In this document: piece by piece, positions 54,101 through 62,442 of the stretch
How positions within the stretch are numbered: position 1 is the stretch's first letter
Layout: each line of letters opens with the position of its first letter
Source of the DNA: Lama guanicoe
Lineage: Eukaryota
Direction: 5' to 3'
Length of the DNA stretch: 62,442 nucleotides
Assembly (NCBI GenBank): GCA_013239625.1
Contig: MU054001.1
Location: forward strand, 7,804,911 to 7,867,352
Translations under genes and position numbers: made by a program
Notes under the pieces: model-generated
The model's input: the letters and a program-made list of their open reading frames with translations, nothing else
Databases searched by the model: none
What the model was told of the DNA's origin: nothing

Positions 54101-55486
54101 ACAGTAAACATAAAAGGCAGAGTGAGATGTACAAACACACTCTCTGATTTCTCAGTATGTTTCTTAAACCCGGTTTCAAGTAAAAGCTGTTTGCAGTGAA
54201 AAACTGAGTTCGAGCTAGTACATCCCCATATATATGAAAGCAGCGAAATTTACCTTGGACTGAAAATCTGGGTTTCCAACAAGCTAGGTGAAAGGCAGCT
54301 TCCACACTCCTACATTCCTGAAAATTGAGCATGTGGAGAGGCGTCCCTTCATCCAGCATAAAAGGCAGAGGGACCTCTAGACAAACATTCTCTGATTTCT
54401 GAGCATGTTTCTTACGCCGGTTTCAATGTAAAAGCGGTTTGATCTGGAAAACGAAGTTGGAACGAGTGCCCCCCCTTACATATGGAAGTAGCGTAGTTCC
54501 CCTATACCAGAAACTCTGGTTTTCCAACAAGTTAGGTGAAGGACGTCTCCAAAACAAATTCAAATGTCAGAAGAAAGCCTGTGGAGAGGCGTTTTTTCAT
54601 CCAGCATTGAAGGTTAAGTGATATACAGAAACACATTCTCTGAGTTGTCAGCATGTTTCTCAAAGCTGGTTTCAAATAAAAGCTGTTTGCAGTGTAAAAC
54701 CGAGTCTGTGCTAGTAAGTCCCTATATATATGAAAGGAGCATGTTTCCATTGGACTGAAACTCTGGGTTTCCAACAAGGTAGGTGAAGGATGGCTTCAAC
54801 ACTCATTCAGTTCTGAATATTGAGAATGTGGAGAGACACTCATTTTTCTAGCATAAAGGGAATGGTTTGCAGTAGAAACACCTACACTGGATTCTCAGTG
54901 TGTTTCCTAGTGCTGGTTTGAAGTTCATGCAGTTTTCACTGTAAATCCGAGTTGGAACTAGTACCTACAAATTTATACAAATGTAGTAAATTTACCCACT
55001 CATAAGAAACTGTGTGTTCCCAACAAGCTAGCTGATTGAAGAATTTCACACACACTTAACTCTCAGAATTGTGCAAGTGGAGAGACGTTCGTTCATCTAG
55101 CATGAAGGGAAAGGGTTGCAAGTAGAAACACATGCTCTGGTTTCTCAGTATGTTTTCCTAGTGCCAGTTGGAGATTCATGCAGTTCTCACTGAAAAACCG
55201 AGTTGAAGTCTGTACCTCCAAAAATATATTTATTTAGCATAGTTTCCCACACAAAAGAAACTGAGTGTTCCCAACAAGCTACATGATTGATGGCTTTCAT
55301 ACTCATTTAAATGTCAGAATTGGGAATGTGAAGAGACGTTCGATCATCTAGCGTAAAGGGAATGGGTTTGTAGAAACACGTACTCGAGTTTCTCAGTAAG
55401 TTTTCTACTGCCGGTTTGAAGTTCACACAGTTTTAACTGAAAAATGGAGTTTGAGACAATATATCCATATCCACATATATATATAT

Positions 55487-55765
55487 NNNNNNNNNNNNNN
55501 NNNNNNNNNNNNNNNNNNNNNNNNNNNNNNNNNNNNNNNNNNNNNNNNNNNNNNNNNNNNNNNNNNNNNNNNNNNNNNNNNNNNNNNNNNNNNNNNNNNN
55601 NNNNNNNNNNNNNNNNNNNNNNNNNNNNNNNNNNNNNNNNNNNNNNNNNNNNNNNNNNNNNNNNNNNNNNNNNNNNNNNNNNNNNNNNNNNNNNNNNNNN
55701 NNNNNNNNNNNNNNNNNNNNNNNNNNNNNNNNNNNNNNNNNNNNNNNNNNNNNNNNNNNNNNNNN
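55487..55765. other. Assembly gap (N) flanked by (TA)n
   Basis: Run of N with TA repeats on both sides. Confidence 1.
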
Positions 55766-58700
55766 ATATATATATATATATATATATGTAAGTAGTGTAG
55801 TCCCCACGTAAAAGAAACTGTTTGTTACAAACAAGCATGGAGATTGATGGCTTAACAAACAATTAAATCACATAAATGAACATGTGGAGAGATGTTCGTT
55901 CATCAAGCATAATTGGAATGGTTTTTACTAGAAAGGCTTATACTGGGTTTTCAGGATGTTTTCCTCATGCCAGACTGAAGTCCATGAACTTTTCACTGTA
56001 ACACCGAATTGGAGTTAGTACCTCCCATTATGTATGTAAGTAGAGAATATCACGACTCTAAAGAAACTGTGATCACATCTAGTTAGGTGATTGAAGGTTT
56101 ATCACACACTTAACTCACAGAATTGAGCAAATAGATAGACATTCGCTCAGTTACAAAAAAGAAAAGCTTTGATATAGAAACACTAAACCGGGATTCAAAG
56201 CATGTTTCCTACAACCGCTTTGAAGTGCATACAGTTTACACCATAAAACCTAGTTGAAGCTAATACTTCCCCATATATATGCATGCAGGGTAGATACCCA
56301 ATGAAAACAAACTGTGATCCCAACAACATAGGTATTTGATGGCTTGCATAAAAATTTATCTCTCAGAATACAGCATGTGGTGGGACATTAGTTCATCCAG
56401 CATAAATGGAATGGATTCTAGTAGAAAAAACTACTCTGGTTTCAAAGTAGCTATACCTACTGCCGGTTAGAAATTCAAGAAGATTACCCTGTAAAGCCGA
56501 ATTGGAGATAGAAACTCCACATATAAATGCATGTAGTGAAGTTGCCTACTGAAAATAAAATGTGTTTCCAACAAGCTACAAGATTAAAGACTTCCCACAC
56601 ATTAAATATTTAGTAGTAAACATAAAGAGACACGTTCCTTCATCTACCTTAAAGGGAGTGGAACCTAGTAGAAAGACATAATATGGTATTTGACTCTGAT
56701 TCCTAGTTTCGGTTTAAAATTCCTGCAGTTTTCAATGTAAACCGAGTTGTAGTTAGTAGCTACGTATATATAAGATTTTAGTGGAGATTGCAACTGAAAA
56801 GAAACTTTGTATTCCCAAAAGCTACGGGAAATACGGCTTTCATATATACATATTGCACGTAAAGGAGCATGTGGAGGGACGATGGTCCACAATGCACAAA
56901 GGGAACGATTTGCAGGTGAAACAAACACTCAGGTTTCTAAGTTTGATTACAACTGCTTGATTGATGTTCCAGGAGTTTTCACTGTAAAACCGATTTGGAG
57001 CTTGTACCTCCCCATACATATATATGGAGAGGAGTTGGCAACTGAAGAGAAACTTTGTGTTCCCATTAAGTTAGTTGAACGACGGCTTTCACACACGCTT
57101 AAATCTTAGAACTGAGCATGTGTAGAGACGTTCGTTATTTCAGCACAAGGGGAAAGGGTTGCAGGGGAAACTCTTACTCTGGTTTCTCAGTCTCTTTCCT
57201 AGTGTCGTTTTGAAGTTCCTGCGGTTTTCACTGTAAAACCTAGTTGGAGCAAGTACCACCGCATATATATGTATGGAGTGGAGCTTGCAACTGAAAAGAA
57301 ACTTTGTGTCCCCTTCAAGCTAGGTGAAGGACGGCTTTCACACACACTTATCTCCCAGAACTGAGCATGTGGAGAGACGTTCGTTCATCCAGCACCAAGG
57401 GAACGGGTTGCAGGAGAAACACTTACTCTGGATTCTCAGTCTGTTTCCTAGTGCCGGTTTGAAGTTCCTGCGTTTTTCACTGTAAAACCGAGTTGGAGCT
57501 TGTACCTCCCCATATATATGTATGGAGTGCAGTTTGCAACTTAAGAGAAACTTTGTGTTCCCAACAAGCTAGGTGAAGCACGCCATTCTCACTCTCTTAT
57601 CTCTCAGAAGTGAGGATGTGGAGAGACGTTCGTTCATCTAGCACAAAGGGAAATTGTTGTAAGAGAAAAAATTTCTCTGCTGTCTCAGTCTGTTTCCTAG
57701 TGCCGGTTTGAAATTCCTGGAATTTTCATTGTAAAACCGAGTTTGAGCTTGTACTTCCCCATATATATTTATGGAGTGGAGATTGCAACTAAAGTGAAAA
57801 TTTGTGATCCCAACAAGTTAGGTGAAGGACGGCTTTCACACACACTTATGTCTTAGAAACGAGCATGTGTAGAGACGTACGTTCATCTAGCACAAAGGGA
57901 ACTGGTTGCAGGAGAAACACTTACTCTGCTTTCTCATTCTGTTTCCTAGTGCAAGTTTGAAGATCCTGCGGTTTTCACTCTATATCCGAGTTGGGGCTTG
58001 TATCTCCCCATATAAATGTATGGACTGGTGTTTGCAACTGAAGAGAAAATTTGTGTTCCCAACAAACTAGGTGAAGGATAGATTTAACATAGGCTTAAAT
58101 CTCAGAATTGAGAATGTAAAGAGAAGTACGTTCATCAAGCACAAATAGAACGTGTTGCAGGAGAAACACTTACTCTGGGTTCTCAGTCTGTTTCCTAGTG
58201 CCGGTTTGAAGTTCCTGCGTTTTTCACTGCAAAACAGAGTTGGAGCTAGTACCTCCCCATATATATGTATGGAGTGGAGTTGGCAACTGAAAAGAAACTT
58301 TGTGTTCCCATCAAGCAAGGTGAAGTTCGGCTTTCACACACAATTATCTCTCAGAACTGAGCATGTGGAGAGACGTTCGTTCATCCAGCACAAAGGGAAC
58401 AGGTTGCAGGACAAACAATTACTCTGGTTTCTCAGTCTGTTTCCTAGTGCTGGTTTGATGTTCCTGCGCTTTTCACTGTAAAACCGAGTTGGAGCTTGTA
58501 CCTCCCCATATATATGTATGGAGTGGAGTATGCAACTGAAAAGAAACTTTGTTTTCCCTTCAAGCTAGGTGAAGGACGGCTTTCACACACACTTATCTCT
58601 CAGAACTGAGGATGTGGACAGACGTTCGTTCTTCCAGCACAAAGGGAACGGCTTGCAGGAGAAACAATTACACTGGTTTCTCAGTCTGATTCCTAGAGCC

Positions 58701-61240
58701 GGTTTAAAGTTCCTGCGGCTTTCACTGTAAAACCGACTTGGAGATTGTACCTCCCATTATATATGTTTGGAATTGGGTTTGCAACTGAAAAGAAACTTGG
58801 TGTTCCCTTCAAGCTAGGTGAACGATGGCTTTCACACACACGTATCTCTCAGAACTGAGCATGTGGAGAGACGTTCGTTCATCCAGCACAAAGGGAACGG
58901 TTTGCAGGAGAAACACTTACTCTGGTTACCAGTCTGTTTCCTAGTGCCGGTTTGAAGTTCCTGTGGTTTTCACTGTAAAACCGAGTTGGAGCTTGTACCT
59001 CCCAATATATATGTATGTATGGATTATGGAGTTTGCAAAAGAAACTTTGTGTTCCCTTCAAGCTAGGTGAAGGACGGCTTTCACACACACTTATCTCTCA
59101 GAACTGAGCATGTGGAGAGACGTTCGTTCATGCAGCAGAAAGGGAACGGGTTGCAGGTGAAACAATTACTGTGGTTTCTCAGTCTGTTTCCTAGTGCCTG
59201 TTTGAACTTCCTGCGGTTTTCTCTGTAAACCGAGTTGGAGATTGTACCTCCCCATATATATGTATGGAGTGGAGTTTGCACCTGAAAGAAAACTTTGTGT
59301 TCCCTTCCACCTAAGTGAAGGACGGCATTCACACACACTTATTTGTCAGAACTGAGCATGTGGAGAGATGTTCGTTCATCCAAAACAAAGGGAACGGGAT
59401 GCAGGTGAAACAATTACTCTGGTTTCTCAGTCTGTTTCCTGGTGCCGGTTTGAAGTTCCTGCGGTTTTCACTGTAAAACCGAGTTGGAGCTAGTATCTCC
59501 CCATGTATATGTATGGATTTGAGTTTGCAACTGGAAAGAATCTTTGTGTTCCCTTCAAGCTAGGTGAAGTTCGGCTTTCACACAAACTTATCTCTCAGAA
59601 ATTAGCATGTGTAAACACGTTTGTTCATCCAGCAAAAGGGAACGGCTTGCAGGAGAAACACTTACTGTGGTTTCTCAGTCTGTTTCCTAGTGCCGGGTTG
59701 AAGTTCCTGCGGTTTTCACTGTAAAACCGAGCTGGAGTTTGAAATTCCCCATATATATGTATGGAGTGGAGTTTGCAACTGAAACAAAACTTTGTGTTCC
59801 CTTCAAGCTAGGTGAAGGACGGCTTTCACACACACTTATCTCTCAGAACTGAGCATGTGCAGAGACGATCGTTCATCCAGCACAAAGGGAACGGGTTGCA
59901 GGAGGAACCCTTACTCTGGGTTCTCAGAATTTTTCCTAGTGACAGTTTGAAGTTCCTGCGGTTTTCACTGTAAAACCCAGTTGGAGCTTGTACCTCCCCT
60001 TATATAGGTTTGGAATAGAGTTTGCAACTGAAAAGGATCTTTGTGTTCCCTTCAAGCTAGGTGAAGGACGTTTTTCACACACACTTATCTCTGAGAACAG
60101 AGCATGTGCAGAGACGTTCGTTCATCCAGCACAAAGGGAACGGGTTGCAGGGAAACACTTACTCTGGTTTCTCAGTCTGATTCCTAGTGCCGGTTTGAAG
60201 TTCCTGCGGCTTTCACAGTAAAACCGAGTTGGAGATTGTACCTCCCCTTATATAGGTTTGGAATAGAGTTTGCAACTGAAAAGGATCTTTGTGTTCCCTT
60301 CAAGCTAGGTGAAGGACGTTTTTCACACACACTTATCTCTGAGAACAGAGCATGTGCAGAGACGTTCGTTCATCCAGCACAAAGGGAACGTGTTGTAGGG
60401 GAAACACTTACTCTGGTTTCTCAGTCTGTTTCCTAGTGCCGATTTGAAGTTCCTGCGGTTTTCTCTGTAAAACCGAGTTGGAGCTTGTACCTCCCCATAT
60501 ATATGTATGGAGTGGAGTTTGCAACTGAAAATAATATTTGTTTTCCCTTCAAGCTAGCTGAAGGTCGGCTTTCACACACACTTATCTCTCAGAACTGAGC
60601 ACGTGGAGAGACGATCGTTCATTCAGGACAAAGGGAACGGGTGGCAGGAGAAACCCTTACTCTGGGTTCTCAGTCTGTTTCCTAGTGCCGGTTTGTAGTT
60701 CCTGCGGTTTTCACTGTAAAATCGTGTTGGAGTTGAACTTCCACATATATATGTATGGAGTGGAGTTTGCAACTGAAAAGAAACTTTGTGTTCCCTTCTA
60801 TTTAAGTGAAGGACGGCTTTCACACTCACATATGTCTCAGAACTGAGCATGTGGAGAGACGTTCGATCATCCAGCACCAAGGGAACGTCTTGCAGCAGAA
60901 ACAATTACACTGGATTCTCAGTATGATTCCTAGTGCCGGTTTCAACTTCCTGCGGCTTTCACTGTAAAACCGACTTGAAGATTGTTCCTCCCCTTATATA
61001 TGTTTGGAATTGTGTTTGCAACTGAAAAGAAACTTGGTGTTCCCTTCAAGCTAGGTGAACGACGGCTTCACAGACACGTATCTCTCAGAACTGAGCATGT
61101 GGAGAGACGTTCGTTCATCCAGCACAAAGGGAAAGTTTTGTAGGAGAAACACTTACTCTGGTTTCTCAGTCTGTTTCCTAGTGCCGGTTTGAAGTTCCTG
61201 CGGTTTACACTGTAAAACCGAGTTGGAGCTTGTACCTCCC

Positions 61241-61362
61241 NNNNNNNNNNNNNNNNNNNNNNNNNNNNNNNNNNNNNNNNNNNNNNNNNNNNNNNNNNNN
61301 NNNNNNNNNNNNNNNNNNNNNNNNNNNNNNNNNNNNNNNNNNNNNNNNNNNNNNNNNNNNNN
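61241..61362. other. Assembly gap (N) within the satellite
   Basis: Run of N. Confidence 1.
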
Positions 61363-62442
61363 GTGGAGAGACTTCATCCAGCACAATCGGAACGGGTTGC
61401 AGGAGAAACATTACTCTGGATTCTCAGTCTGTTTCCTAGTGCCGGTTTGAAGTTCCTGCAGTTTTCACTGTAAAACCGAGTTGGGGCTTGTACCTACCCA
61501 TATATATGTATGGAGTGGAGTTTGCTACTGAAAAGAAACTTTGTGTTCCCTTCAAGCTATGTGAAGGACGGCTTTCACACACACATATCCTCAGAATTGA
61601 GCATGTGGAGAGACATTCGTTCATGCAGCAAAAAGGGAACGGGTTGCAGGAGAAACAGTTACTGTGGTTTCTCAGTCTGTTTCCTTGTGCCGGTTTGAAG
61701 TTCCTGCGGTTTTCTCTGTAAAACTGAGCTGGAGTTTGAAACTCCCCATATATATGTATGGAGTGGAGTTTGCAACTGAAACAAAATTTTGTGTTCCCTT
61801 CAAGCTAGGTGAAGGACGGCTTTCACACACACTTATCTCTCAGAACTGAGCATGTGGAGAGACGTTCGTTCATCCAGCACAAAGGGAACGGGTTGCAGGG
61901 GAAACACTTACTCTGGTTTCTCAGTCTGTTTCCTAGTGCCAGTTTGAAGTTCCTGCGGTTTTCACTGTAAAACCGAGTTGGAGCTTGTACCTCCCCATAT
62001 ATATGTATGGAGTGGAGTTTGCAACAGAAAAGACTTTGTGTTCCCTTCCAGCTAGGTGAAGATCGGCATTCACACACACTTATCTCTCAGAACTGAGCAT
62101 GTGGAGAGACGTTCGTTCATCCAGCACAAAGGGAACGGGTTGCAGGAGGAACCCTTACTCTGGGTTCTCAGACTTTTTCCTAGTGACAGTTTGAAGTTCC
62201 TGCGGTTTTCACTGTAAAAGCCAGTTGGAGCTTGTACCTCCCCATATATATGTATGGAGTGGAGTTTGCAACAGAAAAGACTTTGTGTTCCCTTCCAGAT
62301 AGGTGAAGGACGGCATTCACACACACTTATCTCTCAGAACTGAGCATGTGCAGAGACCTTCGTTCATCCAGCACAAAGGGAACGGGATGCAGAAGGAACC
62401 CTTACTCTGGGTTCTCAGACTTTTTCCTAGTGACAGTTTGAA

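Larger units (their letters stand above)
54105..62442 (+). repeat. Tandem satellite DNA, 247-249-bp monomer, running off the window end
   Basis: The ggtgaag anchor lies at 57323, 57572, 57821, 58070, 58319 and 58568 (period 249) and at 61808, 62055 and 62302 (period 247). About 33 monomer lengths including gaps. Confidence 0.97.

Noticed and set aside
50685..55862. ORFs containing long X runs (also near 61153-61450)
   Set aside because: Artefacts of translating across N gaps.
53442..62324. Repeated ORFs such as MCECRSSPSWKGTQS... and MYLPLYRFGIEF...
   Set aside because: Chance translations of satellite monomers; the 249-bp period preserves frame. Not genes.
54105..62442. CRISPR-like or RNA-gene (5S, tRNA, snRNA) tandem array
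   Set aside because: The whole monomer repeats with no unique spacers, no RNA-gene sequence was recognised, and the context is mammalian.

Overview
Mammalian, non-coding, repeat-rich DNA, most likely from a camelid (inferred from two Vic-type tRNA-derived SINEs). No intact protein-coding gene is supported. The window has three blocks. (1) About 1-40 kb: a decayed, intron-containing (unprocessed) copy of three consecutive TRAPPC9/NIBP exons on the + strand (7040-7160, 13875-13997, 36641-36853), with stops and frameshifts. Its introns carry L1/L2/MIR/MER fragments, several solo ERV1-type LTRs with 4-bp TSDs, and a ~6.2-kb non-autonomous ERV1-like provirus (17247-23403, - strand). (2) About 40.3-53.2 kb: an unidentified A-rich block with opposite strand asymmetry, probably a second duplicon. 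(3) About 53.2 kb to the end: the edge of a 247-249-bp tandem satellite, starting with ~3.6 inverted old monomers and grading from diverged to homogeneous monomers. The overall picture is a pericentromeric or heterochromatin-boundary segmental-duplication zone. I see no convincing new biological system. Family names are from memory of consensus sequences, not from database searches. Three N gaps are present.
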